Shown: positions 39,001-54,000 of the stretch, piece after piece
Layout of the letters: every line of letters begins with the position of its first letter
Numbering within the stretch: the first letter of the stretch is position 1
Assembly: GCA_041662125.1 (NCBI GenBank)
Contig: JBAZTA010000002.1
Span: forward strand, 9,064 to 73,063
Reading direction: 5' to 3'
Source: Candidatus Omnitrophota bacterium
GTDB lineage: Bacteria > Omnitrophota > Gorgyraeia > Gygaellales > Profunditerraquicolaceae
Length of the DNA stretch: 64,000 bases
Notes under the pieces: model-generated
What the model was told of the DNA's origin: nothing
Databases searched by the model: none
What the model saw: only the letters and a program-made list of their open reading frames with translations
Made by a program: the position numbers and the translations under genes

Positions 39001-42000
39001 ATGCAGAAGTAGCAGTGCCGCTTGCTATGCCGCTGTTCATAAGAAATAAATTCAAGTTTAAAGCGTATATTTATAGGCAGTCTGATGGTAAAGAATGGTT
39101 CGTTGAACCTTCCTTTATACGGGGAAATAGAGAGTATGTCGCTCTTATTTATCCGGACCAACCAGGGCAATATACTTTAAGTTTTCGCTGGCCGGAAAAG
39201 CAGACAAATTCCGGATGGGAAGGCAGGGATTATTATTTCCGCGTTTTAGGGGAAAATGAATCGGGAAGCCCTGTTTCAAGCCCCATTACGTTGGATGATG
39301 TTGCGCAGATTTACCATAAAGGCAGAGGCTTACTTGCTGAATCTAAATTTGCAGAAGCATTAGTTGTCTTTGACCATGCAGTAGCGCAATGCAGGAGTAT
39401 TTCTTTAGGAAAGAATGAAAAGGTTTTCTTTGTGGATATTTTAGCTAATAAAGGTTTGTGTTTTGCGCATATGTCCCGCCTTGATGAAGCCCTTGTCGTG
39501 TATGAAGAAGCCTTGCGTATTGCCTCTGATAATTATGCTAAAGCTCAAGTAAGCAGCCTTTTGGCGAATACGTTATTTCTTATTGCAGAACGCACTGCTT
39601 CTGACATTGCGCCTAAAGCCTGGAATTACCTTGATGTTGCATTGAAAGCCCTTACTACTGAATTAAATACAAGAGGCATTACTCCTGAACAGGTTTTGAG
39701 AGTCAAAAGTAAGCAAATAGAGATGTTGTTGTTGCGGGGATATATGTATCAGTATAGCGGTAAAGATGATAAAGCTCTGAATAGCTTTAGCCAGGTGCTT
39801 TCGATATATCCTTTAGCTCCTGCGGAAAAACTGGAAGCGCAATATCATGGAGGGCGCTCTGCGCTGCGATTAGGAAAATATGATGTGGTCCGTGTTTATA
39901 TGGGGGAGGCACTGCAACATCTTTCCGGCTTTAACAGGGTAATTGCTTTGATCGCTCTGAGTGAAACCTATAGTTATAGCGAAGAAAATATTGATAAAGC
40001 ATTAGAGTTATTGCAGGAAGCTATGTCTCTTGAGCAGTCATTGCCCGAAGATGTAAGATTGAAGAAAAACAAGGGTGGCGAATATGGGTCTGATATGCTC
40101 CTGGGTAATATATATTTAGAAATCGTAAAAGCATATTATTTAAAGAAGGACAATCAGAAAAGCCTGCGTAACGCGATGCTCGGTTTAACGCAATTAGTCC
40201 CGGGGAAAAGTGTTGTTTCAGAGGAAAACCTGGAGAACTTTTTAGCAATGGTACCGTATATGGATTTTACCGTAGATCCTGAGTTGGAAAATATGCTGGC
40301 GCGCACTATTCTGCTTATGGCAGGCAGCTATTTAAATGCCGGCCTTTATTCCCAGGCAATCGCCGCAGGATCTGTTGCGGTGTTGCTTACTGACAACGAT
40401 ATAAGCCGTAAAGGTACTGCTCACCGGATAATCGGCGATTCTCTCTTATATCAGGCAGAAAACATGAAAGAGCAGGAGCCTGAATTAGCGCGTTTTTGTG
40501 CTTTTGAAGCAAGACGCGAGTTCCTTCGCGCGACGAATCTTGGATATTTCAATAAAGAATTCTATAATAATTATCTTTTGTCTGAGTTGTTAAGCGGTAT
40601 TTTGATCCGATCGGCGAGGGAAAGGTTTGTTAAGACTATCGTAAAGGCCAAGCGCCCCGATAGGTCAGTATATGAAACCTTCCAAATGGCTTTGGAATTC
40701 ATCGCTGCGCACGGGCAGGAGCTTGGCATTGAGGAAACCCAGGAATTGAAAATATTCTTAAGAGTGCTTGGTAATAGCGAATATATGAAAAAGTCAAAAG
40801 CCCGCGCGCAGATTGAACCGCTCGTGAGTGCTTTAGGATCTCTGGATGCTGAAATGGAAAGTAGAAAGCTTCGGCAGATTGAAGACAGCTATGAAGCGCA
40901 GGCGCGGTTATCAGCCAAGGGGATCCCGAGCAGGGAAACACTTGAACAGGATTTATTGAATGCGCGCCAGGCTGCGGCAGTCGAACTCGATCGCCAGTTG
41001 AAGGTTGAAATCGCAGGGTATACTGCTGTTTGTGATGCGGCTTATAGAAATGAGCAACAACAGTTAAAGCGGTTGGCGGAAGGCATCTACTTGCGTAAGC
41101 AAAACCGAAAATATACTCAAGAGTTTGAAATGTTGCGAAAATACAAGCCAGCTGAAACCTTGGATTTCCTGGGCGTTGTGCTGGATTATTGCCGGAATAA
41201 GAATTGGAATATTGCTCAGACTGATGCCTTTATAAAAGAGGTCCTTGAGCCCGGCAAAAGTATGATGCATAGCTTCGCGTTATTCCTGCATCAGATATAT
41301 CCGAATATTATCTCAGAGATATATAAAATAGTAGTTGAAACGCGTAAGAGAGGCTTTGATTACGCGGCAGTCTTAGATTTTATTGATTTTTGGAATGACC
41401 TGCGAGTATCTTTTAAAGAAGGGAAAGCCGTATTACCTGAAATTTTTAAGGCAGCAGATACGTATGGCCTGAGTGCACAAGATGTCATAAAGATGTTAGC
41501 TGATTTAAAAGATTTAGGGGTCAGTTCGAAAAATGACCTATTGCAGTCATATGAACTTATTTTTTCCGCTTCATCTGCTGCAAAGAGCAGCTCTGCGGTT
41601 TCGCAACGGATTTTCTCCGGAGTAAATAATTATGAAGCAGGCAGTCCGATAGAAGCAAATACGGCCGTTTCATATTATGATTTGAATAATTCTTCTATAC
41701 CTCAGAACGGATGGTGGGGGCAGTTTATTGCCCATTCCGGTGAAATAAACTCTTCCTTAGTAGCACAAGGGAATTATAACAAACAATGGCGGCAGCATTA
41801 CCTGAATCTGGAAAAAGGCTTTACCCAGGCAATAGCGCAAAGCCAGGGTAATTCCAATGCGCTTGTTTTTGGTTTAGGGATGCACGGCGATATTAATATC
41901 CACTTATTAAGCAATAAATTTCAAACGGTAAATGTTATTGATATCAATCGGAACGTCTTTGAGCAGGTTTATCGTCGTTTGCCGCTGGAATCGCGTTCTC

Positions 42001-45000
42001 GTTTAATCTTCACTCACGAGGATGCTTCTTTGGTAACTTTTGAACTGATCAAAGAAATTGAAAGCATAGTTCGTGAATACCATGAGGGAATAGTAAGCTA
42101 TAAAGAACTGATTTCTTTTGTTGCCGCTGGTTATCGGCGTTTAGTGAATGGGCAGCCTCTTGCCCTTATTGATAACAATGTCCTGCTTCTTCAGCGGATC
42201 ATTGATCTTATCAAGTATGCGAAGATCTCAAGAAAACTTCCTTTTAAAAATAATAGTATGGACCTGGTCCTTTCGAGCATGGTGCTCACCGTCATGCTGC
42301 CGGGTTATTTCCTTGATTTTGTGGAATCGAAATTAAAGAAAGAGTTAGGTATTAAACGCAAGAGTTATGAGAAAGAGTTTATTGCGCTGTATAATGCCTT
42401 CGCGTCTTTGGAAAGAAAGGCCGTTGCCGCGCATATCCGCGAACTTGTTCGTGTCACCAAGCCGGGAAGTACAATATACCTTGCCACAGACACTAAAAGT
42501 ATTAGAAAAGAGCGGGAAGATGTTTTATTTGAAAAGGATATTGTCGGTGAACGCAAGATTAATTCGTTCTGGCCTGGCAATGTTACACGGGTTTATAGGG
42601 ATAATTGGTTATGGGAGTTAACTCAGGTTTGGAGTCTTAGAAAATACCAGGAAGTACATTTTTGGGGGATGAAGAAAACAGATGGGCAAGTGCGCTCCAG
42701 CTCAGCAATAAATGAAGATCAGGATAAACCGGAGTTGCCGGTCGAGGTGCGCGAGAAAAGCCATATGCTTGAAGGGATCGCAGAGGAGGTAGCGCTGATC
42801 CAGAAAGCATTGCCTCAGATAGGGGCTTTGGGAGCGTCTATTAAAGATTTTAGAGTGAGAAATCGCCAGCTGAATATGTTCCAAATAGAGCAAGTCCAGC
42901 AAGAGCGCGAGTCGTTTGTGCAAGCCCTGGATGAAATAATTACGTTATTAAAGCTTGAAAGAGCGCGTGAAGCAATTAAAAAGAATAAAGTATATCCGGC
43001 GCTGCAAGAAGTTCGCGCCAAGTTGTTGTCGGGAGATTTTAGGGTTATTAAACTCTTGGAATCAGCCGGCGCCGCGCTTAAGGTCCGTTTGAATAATCTG
43101 CGAGCGCAGCAGCAGCGTATAACCGCGCATGTTAAGAAACTTATTATTGAAAGTCCTGCTCCGGCCGGCAAATCGTCAGAAAATACGCTTCCTGCAGTTG
43201 TGGGCGCGCAGTACCGGTTATGGCTTGCGGAAAATACGGGCAAGACTATTGTTGAGCAGATGGTCGCATATCTTACGATACGCGGTAACCTGGGTATCCG
43301 CGGCCCTCCTGCGGCGGCAGAGCTCAAACAATTCTTTGATCATTCTGCTATAAATTATTTATCTGAAATACTTGATCCCCGCTTTTTCCAATTGGAACCC
43401 CTTGCCAGAGCAGTGATCCTCAAGAAGATTAAAAAAGAACAAAAACTTACTGAGAGTGATAAGTATTTACTTCATTTGATCACTTTGACACCAAACTATT
43501 ATTGGTCAAGCAATGTCCCGCCTCAGGCGCGCGCCTATATTGCTGAGATCGTAGACCAGGAACATTTTGGCGTATTGTTCTCTGCCAGCCGGGGAAGAGT
43601 TGAAATCGGGTATGTAGGAGATAAGTCAGAACATGACAGGTTCCTTCAATTAAGTTTGAGGGAATTGACTACTGATGACTGCGGTAAGCCTATGTATTGG
43701 GTCCCTTCCACCAAAAGGCAATTGGCAAAAGAGCTTTCCAGGATGTATGGCGAAACGCAAGCGTCTTACTTAGTATTGTTCCAGGATCAAAAAGAATTTG
43801 TGCGGCACCAGCAAATATATATCAAGGAACGTCAATTAGGGATATTACATGATCGCATTATGGAACGTCTCGAACAAGTTTACGAGGTGGCTTATGACGG
43901 GCAAAAGGAAAAGCAAACACTGCGTATTATGTTGTTGGGTAAAAGGCCTGCGAAAACATTGCCAGAATTCCCTGTTACATTTTATGATTATCGAGTTTTG
44001 GAGGCTTCTTCTCCGATTGGTATCGATATATCACAACTGCCCAAAATCGATCTTCCGCTAAAAGATAAACTTCCCCAGATCAAGCGTGTTTTGATCCTGA
44101 CCATTCCTAAAATGGATTACGGCGCGGAATTGGTCTGGAGCCTGATCATGAATGTGCTGGCAATGCATAATCAGATAGAAGAAGTGGTGGTGGCTGCTCA
44201 TCAAAATAAAAAGAGCATTTGGCAGGCGCGTGAGAAAAAATTCTCTCATACGGTATATGGCTATAATGAGATCGATATATTTAAGGTACATTTTCGACAG
44301 GATACCAGTACGACTGATTATCAATACAATGCTAAGTTGCTTGCCAATTACCTGAAACAAGAGAAATTCGACCTGGTTATTTCAGCTAATCCCTTCCCGG
44401 ATGTGATAGGCGTTATAAAAGCCACTCATACGCCGGCTATATTTTATCTACCTGCGGAACAATCGCTTCATACCGATTATTATATTCTCATGAAACAAGA
44501 TATCCTTTATTTTGACGGGGCTCAAATGTTTCTTGTTAAAAGGAAAGCCGCTCATATCAATATCTATACGCAGCTGCAGCAATCATATAGAAATATCGGG
44601 TTTTTAGGGAAAAATGAATATATAAAAAAGTCGTTCCTGCCTGAATCATTTTGCCTCGAAGAAAACCGGGTTATGGTCTTGTTCAATAATTTCAGTTCCA
44701 GCGAACGCAAGGACTATGATTATGGCGATATGGTAGATGTTGTCGCGGGGTTGCTCTTTACCTTTAATGAGCGGATAGGGTTATTATTTGATTCCGGTGA
44801 GACTGCGCTTAAACATCAAGTAGCCGGTGAATTCTGGGCGCAGTTGAGCAAACGTATCGGTAAATTAAAGTTAAACAAAAGTTTGATGTTGCATTTCGCG
44901 GAGCAGAATATCGCAGGCTTGCTTCGTTTTATCGGGTCTGCTGATATCGTGGTCACTCCCGACACCTTTGTCATGCATGCGGCAATAGCCGCAGGCAAGT

Positions 45001-48000
45001 GGGTCATTACTCCCTGGGGCAATTGTATCGAGAATGCCTTTTTACGCTGGGCGCCGCAATCAAACCGCTATTTACCTTTGATCACTCATTCTGTGAGCGC
45101 GGAACATAAGCGAAAACCCCTGGTTGATAAGGCGCTTTTAGAAAAAGCCATTGAATTAGCGGTTAGAGCCGTAATGATTCAGAAAAGTTCGAAGGTATCG
45201 AATGCCGGCACTCTCGATTATATATTTAAAGAAAACAAGGTTAATCAGGGCAAAAGAGTCCTGGCAGATATTATGAATCTGCAGGCAAAGCTTTTAAAAT
45301 CATGGAAAACCGGGAATAGCTCGAGGGTCAGAAAGAACATTTTCCTACTGCTTGCTTCTCTGGTTGATTTCGAGGAAAGCATGCATCCTGATTACCGCAG
45401 GCTAGCTTTTCACCAATTTGAAGATGGCCGAGATTATTGGCGGGAAGGGGTAATGCATTTTCTCGTCCGCAAAAAAGCGCCTATGGCGGTGGAATTATTA
45501 TTAGGCAGTACCATGATGCGGTTCGCTAACTTTTTAAATGCGCATTTAGAATTGATCCGTCGATCAAGCTCTCCGGCCAATGCGTCGTCATCATCTGCCC
45601 TTGACGCAGGGCTTCTGTATAAATTGAACGGGACGTATGTCTCTCGTTATCTGGATTCCCGCTTGAAATTTCCGGAAGAATTCAAGAAACAGCTTCCTGA
45701 TGTGGTAAGGTTCGTTTTGATCAAGAGGCAAAACTGCGTTATCGGGTATCCTGTTACTGAATGCCTGAGGCTGATGCACATACGCGCGCGCAGGGTCATC
45801 CTTCAGTTATTAAATTCAAGAGCAAAATATATTTTTGACCCTTCCCTCGGTGAAGTATATGTCAGCGCTTTAGATGAGCAGGGAAATTTAATGATAGAGC
45901 CGGAATTAGCGAAAAGCCTTGGAATATCGGAAAGCGATGATGTTGTTTTCACAGGCAAAGACCTCAGCTTTGAAATCTCTCCGCGCTCAAGCTCTCCTGT
46001 AATTCTTTTTGCTGCCTCCCGGAGAAAAGGTAACAGAATAGAAAATGTGCCTGTTGAAAATACCGCGTTAGACCTATTGATACGCTATGAAACAGAAGAA
46101 AGCAATGAGGCCAGGACATTACAGGCAATAAGAAGTTCCGGGGTAACGGATAAGTATTTGAATATTCTTATCCGGGTGTTGAGTGGCGAGAAACTTAAAA
46201 TAATAGCCGCTGATTATAATAATGTATCTGTTGTGCGTATCAGTGATATTGCTCTGAAAACGAAAGAAAGAGTGATTAAAGTCCTCTGGTCCCTTGGCTA
46301 TGATATAACCGCATTTATGTCTCAAGAGGAGCTGAAGAATATTCCTGAAGCAAGTTTGTCTGTCTATAGAAATGAAAATAGGCGCTTGTGGGATGCTTTA
46401 CGGGGAACCAAAGATAAATCATCTTCTCCTGTTAAATCCGGAGAATGGTTCATGGGTATGGTTATGGGAACGTTCATTGGGGTTATTATTTGTGATATCC
46501 TTAAATTCTCAATGCTGTCTTTTTCTTATGACTTGAAGCCGGTCTATGTTGTATATATCATTGGAGCCTGCGCTTTGTTGGGAATAGTGATCTACTCATT
46601 CATTGATAATGCCCAAGGAAATAAAACAAATAATAAAGAGCAAGAAGAGGATAGCGATGAATCTTCCGGTTCCCCAATAGTAATACGCGAAGAAACTATA
46701 CCTATCGAGACGACATACGCTAAACACCACGAAGGTTATCGCCGGTTTATTATGCAGCAAGTCGGCAGGGATAATTTTGTGCTCTCGGTTGGTTGCGGAG
46801 ACGCTACCTTGGAATCGCTTTTACTTTCGCAAAGAAATAGAGTTATTGGCGCGGATAAATCAGCTTACGCGTTATCTCAGGCCGGCAATAAAGGATTGGA
46901 TTTATTAGTGAGAGTAAATGCAGAGGTGCTTGCTTTCGCGAAAAATTCCTTTGATGTGGTGCTTTTTCCTGAATTGATCGGCCATCTGGAAATCCCGCTC
47001 GCGTTAGAAGAGGCCAGCCGGGTTTTAAAAGAGGGGGGCAGGATCATTATTGCAACGGATCCTCCTCGGGACGGTTCCGACAGGCAGGTCGTTAATGATT
47101 ATGTACGGATCGCGCTCTGTGATTTAGAACTTTTAGTTAAACAAGCAGGGTTTCGTATTATCAAGGCTTTGGAAATTTTTCTTCCTATGGAGGATCTTTT
47201 AATGACATTGCCGGGCCACGTGCTTTTTATTATTGGAGAAAAAGGCTTGAAGCAAGAAAAGCGGAATATATTTTATTTCTCCGGCTCTCCGGTTACGAAT
47301 CATAATTTTGCGAGCAGTGCAATAAAAAGCAATAATGCCGAGTCCAAAGTGGTAAAACACGCCTGGGGAATGATGGGATATGTCGCGCATGAGGATGTTC
47401 ATATTAAAGAACATGATGGGATGAGATATTCGTGGAATGATGAAAAGCATATGAGTAGCACCGTGTTTGAAAAATGTGTTAAAGCAGCGTTGGGCAATTT
47501 AGATTTATCTGACCTTTTTGAGGCTGTAGAGGTTGCTGAAGCATTAAGGAAGTTAATTGTTACGATAAGGAGAAAAGGATACGCTGATGATAATTTGACT
47601 GAATCATTACCGGTTATGGCTAAAGCTATTCGTGATCCTCAGGGTTTTCTCAAGGCTCTTTCTTTGGAATTAAAATTATATAAAGTATTGTTAACTGACA
47701 CAAGGAAGTATCAATATGATTGGCAGTGTAGGGATCAGGATTCTTATAGCGGTACTGATAGCGAGGTAGTAAGGGCTGTTTCAAAATCTGTTTTCTCTGT
47801 TTATCAAGGATTATGCGCAAGTGAAAACGAATTGAAAGATTTGATTGAGAGGGTTCTTGAGTTTTTTGAGGAAGATCCTATTCTGGTAGATGAGCTGGAT
47901 AATGAAGCTAAGTTGTACGTATTTTTTATGAGTAAAGCCAAAAAATTGCCTGATTCTATAGTTAAATGTGTTGTGGTTGATGCCGATGGAGTTTTATGGG

Positions 48001-51000
48001 GAGGGATTGTTGGAGAAGATGGCATAGAAGGCGTAGAATTGACAGAACCATATATAGCATTTCAGAAAGAATTAGTTGCGCTTAAACTGAAAGGATTTTT
48101 GTTAGCCATTAATAGTAAAAATAATCCTATTGACATATTTGAGAGGGATTTAAGATGGAATAGGGGAATATTCGCGAAACGCCAGGAAATGGTATTAAGG
48201 GGAGAAGATTTCGCAGTTATGCAGGTTAATTGGCAAGATAAAGCGGAGAATTTAAGGAAAATAGCGTTGGAATTAAATATAGGTTTAGAGAGCCTGCTTT
48301 TCCTAGATGATAGCGTTCATGAGCGTGAATTGGTAAGGCAAATGTGTCCTGAAGTGTTTACTCCTGAATTTCCCACTGATCCTGAGCAATATGCTGATTT
48401 TATTAAAAATTTAGCTGTTTTACAGAAAGATATCGTTACTGTCGAGGATAGGAGGAGGTCAGAGTTATATCTAATACAGCGGGAAAGGCAAGAGTCAAGA
48501 GCAAGGGCTGGTTCATACGAAGAATTCTGCCGTTCTTTAAATATTAGAATTATTATTAGAGAAGGAGCTGAAAACCTTCCCTATCTATCCCGATTGTCAC
48601 AGCTTACTCAGAGAACGAATCAGTTTAATGTCAGGGGTAGCAGGTATGATGAAGTAACAATTACTTCATTCATAGATAACCAGGATTATTTGGTTTATAG
48701 CTTGGAGTTGATGGATCGTTTCGGAAATGATGGGATTGTTGGCTTGATTATTGTCCGTAAGTTTGAAAGAGTCTATTGGATAACGGCTGAAGAGAATGCT
48801 TGGATTATAGATACGTTTTGTTTAAGTTGTCGAGCAATAGGCAGGACTGTAGAATGGGCATTTATGAGTAATGTTGTTGACCGGTTAAAAAGTAAGGGAG
48901 TAAATCTTTTAATAGGAGAGTATGTTCGTACGGAAAGGAATGAATTAGTTAAAGATATCTATGGAAAGTTTGGTTTCTCAAGACGTAACGATACATGTTT
49001 CTGGAAAGCGCAGGTTGCTTGTTTAACTGTTAAGGCGCCGGATTGGGTAAAGATTGAACGATCCAGTTCTCCGATCCTGGTAACTCAAAATAAAACCATG
49101 CCTGCCTGCCGGCAAGGCATGGACTATCGACCATGGACTATCGACCCGAAGAACAATATTAACACCAGAGGAGCTCTGATGACTACGTGCGGCACGCAGC
49201 GTGTTCTTGGCCGGCAGTGGAGTTCTTCAGCTATTCGCAGAGTAACAAAAGATGAGCAGGACAGTAAAGTCCTTGCCGGCGTCCCGGTTATATTGAATCA
49301 AGCCGAAGAAACGGTGCAGGGTAAGATTGAAGAACTCAGCAGTGAGCATCTTCCTTTGTTCCGTGATTGGTATCATTCCTCGTGGATTTCGTTCGGGAAG
49401 CTTAATTTATTTGATCAGGGCCATGTAGAGTCGTTATTTCGATATTCCTCGCCCCGTCAGAAAACTTTTGTTGCCTTAACAGAGATCCCGGGCTTTGATG
49501 AGATACTGTATAACAGATTCGGTTTTTTAAAGAATAGGTTTGTGGTTTCAGGGCAAAAGCAGGTCCAAGGCGCTGTCAATATCAGTATTAATTATAAGAG
49601 TGTTATTATCGATCAAATCGAGACTGCGCCATGGAATCAATTCAGGAAAAATCCAGTTGTTTCTTTAGTGGGGAGTAGTTTAATTTGGTTTGTTTGCTCT
49701 CGGTATATAAAGGCAACCAATCGAGTCCTTCGTATTCGTGACCCATCGCCTCAAGGGATAGAATTCTTTAAACACTTATTCTTCCGCCAATCTTTGCACT
49801 ATACCGCTGATGAAGTTGGGAGTTTTATACGACGATACGAAAACCTTTATAAATCTTTTTATCATCTTTCTTCTTCCAGTATTCAAACTATTCAGTTAGT
49901 CAAGAGTATTTCAGCGTCTCCTGTAAGAAAAGTTAAGGTTGATTCTATCAGCGAACTTGCTGAGGGGCATGATTTTTGGGTTTATGATTTTCGCCTGCAA
50001 TTCAGGCATTACCGTTTGGGCCTGCTTCATGAAGTCTTTCAAGCTTTAGGGAAAGAGGGTAAATTCTATTGGATCGAATGGCGCCAGCATTTGAAGCCGC
50101 AGGTGATCCATTTGGGAGTTGAAGCCCAGACAGTGGAAGACGCGCTCATGATCAAAGAGCGGTTATCCGGGATCGAGGACAGGATAGATCAAGATTTCGA
50201 AACATCGTATAAAGACCGGGAAAAATGGATCATGGAGTTTCGCATTCCTCATGACATGGAGCAGGTCAGGGCAATAACGCAGTATTTATATAAACAGGAT
50301 ATTAATATCAGCGCTTTCTTTACTCCCCGCCTGAGTGATGGCTGGGATGAAAAGAAGAGAAAAGCGGATTTTCTTTTTGAAATACAGTCTCCTCATGATT
50401 TCCAACCGGAAAGAATAATCAGGAACATTAAAAAGATGATCGGCTCCGATAAATTCTCTCTTGAACGCAGGGACCTGATCGGTAAGATAATTTCCTTGTT
50501 ATCAGCTCAGTGTAATATAGCTTTCAATAATGACGAGAGAGAGCTGATGAGGAAGGCATTTGAGGTAGTCGCCTCCAAGCATGCCAGTCAATCAAGAAAA
50601 GACAAGGTAAACCCGTATTTTTCTCATTTGATCGATGTCGTTAAAATGCTCCTGGTTGATTGTAAGCTTCGGGATATTGACCGTAAGCTTCGTCAGGTCA
50701 TTATTATCGCCGCTATACTCCATGATAGCCTTGAGGAAAAAGATATTACTGATGAAGTCCTCCTGGAGATTTTCGGGCCGCGCGTATATAGGATAGTTAA
50801 ATTACTCACGAAGCATTCTAAGAATGGCGCTCTTAATTTGAAAGAATATTATACGAAATTAAACCGGGCAGAAGGAATAGAAGGCGTTATCGCTCGGCTA
50901 ATAAAAATGGTTGACCGTATTCAAAATGTGGCGACCATGACAGGCAGGTTCTTGAAACCTGATTTTGTGACCCAGAATTTTATCGAAACCCAGGAAGTTT

Positions 51001-54000
51001 TTATCCCTGTTTTTATGGAGCCGGCCTATACCCGGATAATGTTTACCCTTGGGCTTAATGAGTATACCCGGTATTTCCTGGTAGCCTTTGGCGAAGCGTT
51101 GGAATTGTTCTCCCGGACATTTTTCTGGACCGGCGGGCATCCGATCTGGCGGTATGTCAGGCAGGACCGCAGGGACCGAATTATCGGGTGGTTCAGGGAA
51201 AAATCAGATTCCGTATGGTATTTAAAGTTTAAGATCTGGTTAGAGGTATTTAGTCCTTCAGGGGAATTTTCTTTACCGCAGGAATTTCGCGGCACTGAGG
51301 GCAAAGCGATAGAATTATATATTATCGATAATTTCGACCAGTTTGTCACTAAGGCCGCCCGGAAGATCATTCAGGCAGAGAAAGAAAAAAATAAACGGTT
51401 TTCGGGAGAAAGGGGAAGTTCTCCTCTTACAATAAAACTTATTCTCCTTGATATGGATCAAACACTCTATACCTGCCCTCAGTTGACCCGCTCAATCCTT
51501 GAATTGAGCTATTCTTTCGCTCTTTCATTTGGCATAACCGCTTCTGAGTTAGCGCAAAGAATAAGGATTTCCGGAGGGAGCATGACGGCCGCGATCAAGT
51601 CGTTCGGGTTATCGATCGATGAGTATTTCTATTATATAGGAAAGAATTCTGTTTTCAGCGAACTCAAGCCTGAGCCGGGTTTATGGGAATTGTTTGCGCA
51701 GCTTCGCCAGGAAGGGTATTATCTGGCTATCGCTACCAACAATGGTTTGATATTAACGGACAAGATCCTGGAACGGTTGCGGCTTAAGGAGTTTATCGAT
51801 TTTACCATAACACAACAACAGACAGGCCGGGGAAAGCCTGATGAGTTGATGTTCGAGATAATATGCGAGCATTTCCATCGGCTCACCGGGGGCAATAATG
51901 AGCGGATAGTTTCAATCGGTGACCGAAAAGAGTTTGATCTGTATAGTGCGGCTCGTATCGGTATCGCGGGAATATTAGTTAAGGGGCCGCGTGATCTGGT
52001 AGAGAAACTAAAGAGAAAAATAACCGAAATAATGTTACTGCGGGCAGGGCTGTCGGCGGCAGTTCCGCACGATTTGGTCATTCCCGGCATTAACTTTGCT
52101 TCTTCTTCTGTCGTAGATCATTCATCTTCGCCGCTCGGGCCGGAAAATAGAACCGTTCCCATTTCTAAAGATTGTTTTGAAAAGGTTCAAAAAAGCGCCT
52201 TTAGCGTCATTCCGGAATATCTTTCCCTTTTCGCGACCGTTAACTTTACGGCAGCCTCACCGGTTATTACTCGAGAACTTAAAGCGATAAAAGAATTAGT
52301 GGGTTATTTAAGGGAAGGAAACGTTAAGTCCATGGGAGAGATGGAACCGTTACTCTTATTATTAAGAAGTAACTTAACCGGTTTATCCATAGAAAGCCAA
52401 GATATTGAAGTAATGTTGCAGCAGATAGAGCAAGATAAGTATAGGGTACGTCAAGAAACAAAGATTATCAAATATTTGAGGGGAGAATTTGCGGATATTG
52501 TTGATCAAGACGATAAAGAAATCGGAGTGACTGAGGTTGGATTCGCGCATATATTCGGATTAAGGCATAGAACTACAAATGCTTTTGTAGTGACTCCCGA
52601 AAATAAGATCTTATTACAGCGAAGAGCTCCGGGCCGCGCTTATGAACTATACCTTTCTATTTTTGGCGGACACCTAAAAGCTGGCCAGGGATATGTCGAG
52701 GCAATAAGGGAGGAATTACAACAAGAGTTGCATTTGGCAGGTTTACCAAAAGGCCGATTGGTCGAATTAGGTAAAGAAAGGTATGAGGTTGAAGGAGACA
52801 AAAACCGTGAATTCAGGGCGTTGTTTATCTATTTTTTGACCGATGAGGAATATCGAGAAGTAATGGATTACGCGTTGTTATTGAAGGATATTGTAAAAGT
52901 TAATACCCGGGAAGCGTTCGTTCAATATTTTGATGGAGAAAGTAAGAATATCGGTTATGGGGAAGTATGGAGTTATTGCGAGTTTGATTTGAAGGAAGTT
53001 ATCAATGCTCCTGCGAGAATGCAAAAAATAAGGGAATGGGGACAATATGCAAGCTTACATTACCTTCTTTGTAGAGATGAGTTTAAAAACGGGGCAGTTA
53101 TCTTACGGTCTTTCTTTACGCCTGATCTATTGGAACGGCTAATCCTTAATGAAAAAATATTATTATTGTTGCAAGATAATATTAGAAAACGCGATGTTAG
53201 CTCTGCTTTAGCGGCTATGCAGGATAGCAATATTATAAGTGACGATTTGCAAAAGTTTATTGAAACATTAATTGAATTATTAGGCAAAGAAAATACCATT
53301 TCGTTAATGAAACGCTTAGAAATTGCGCGGAAATTATTGTATTTCGCAAGTATAGATGAGAGCAATGTGAATATTGCCCTTTCGCTTTTTAATATCAGTT
53401 TAGCAGAAATCATAAGCAGGTTGGTAGACTACCCGTCAGGCTACTTTCTCTCTGAGGTGTCTTTTACAAAAATGCATTTTTGCCACCCCGCAAATATAGA
53501 GAAGATATTGGGTATAGAAAATATTTGTTTCGAAAGGAAGGAGGCGGATATTGTGGTAGTGGGAGCCGGTAAGATTGGAACAATGGCGGGGGGGATAATC
53601 GGAAGAATGATTAATAATAAAGCAGAAGGCATAAATCTTATAGGAGTTGTGGAGCCGTCGTTAGAAAACTCCAATAGGTTCGTTGAACATTTCAGGCGAG
53701 TAAACCATACTCAGTATGCCCCTGATATTTTTAGGAATGAAGATGAATTGAGCAAGTGTGGAAATTTTTGTCCTGATAAAACAATTGCATATATTGCGAC
53801 ACCGGATCATATGCACTACGGTTCGATCCGGCGTTTATCAGATATAGGGGTTAAAAAATTCATTTTAGAAAAACCTGTCTCCGGTTCAGTGGAAGAACTA
53901 AGAGATATGGTTGAATTTATTACAAGTAAAAAGCTCGTCGTTGTGGTTAATGAACAATATTTTTATTCTCTGGCTATGGGGATATTACAGGAGTATTTAA

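Noticed and set aside
11128-44061. Plus-strand ORFs in frames 1 and 2 from the track (60-92 aa; e.g. 11128-11310, 16165-16377, 34012-34290, 42367-42621)
   Set aside because: All overlap the frame-0 giant ORF, in which conserved catalytic motifs are read at the same positions. None carries motifs of its own, except 27305-27571, which has an RBS and is flagged separately with low confidence.
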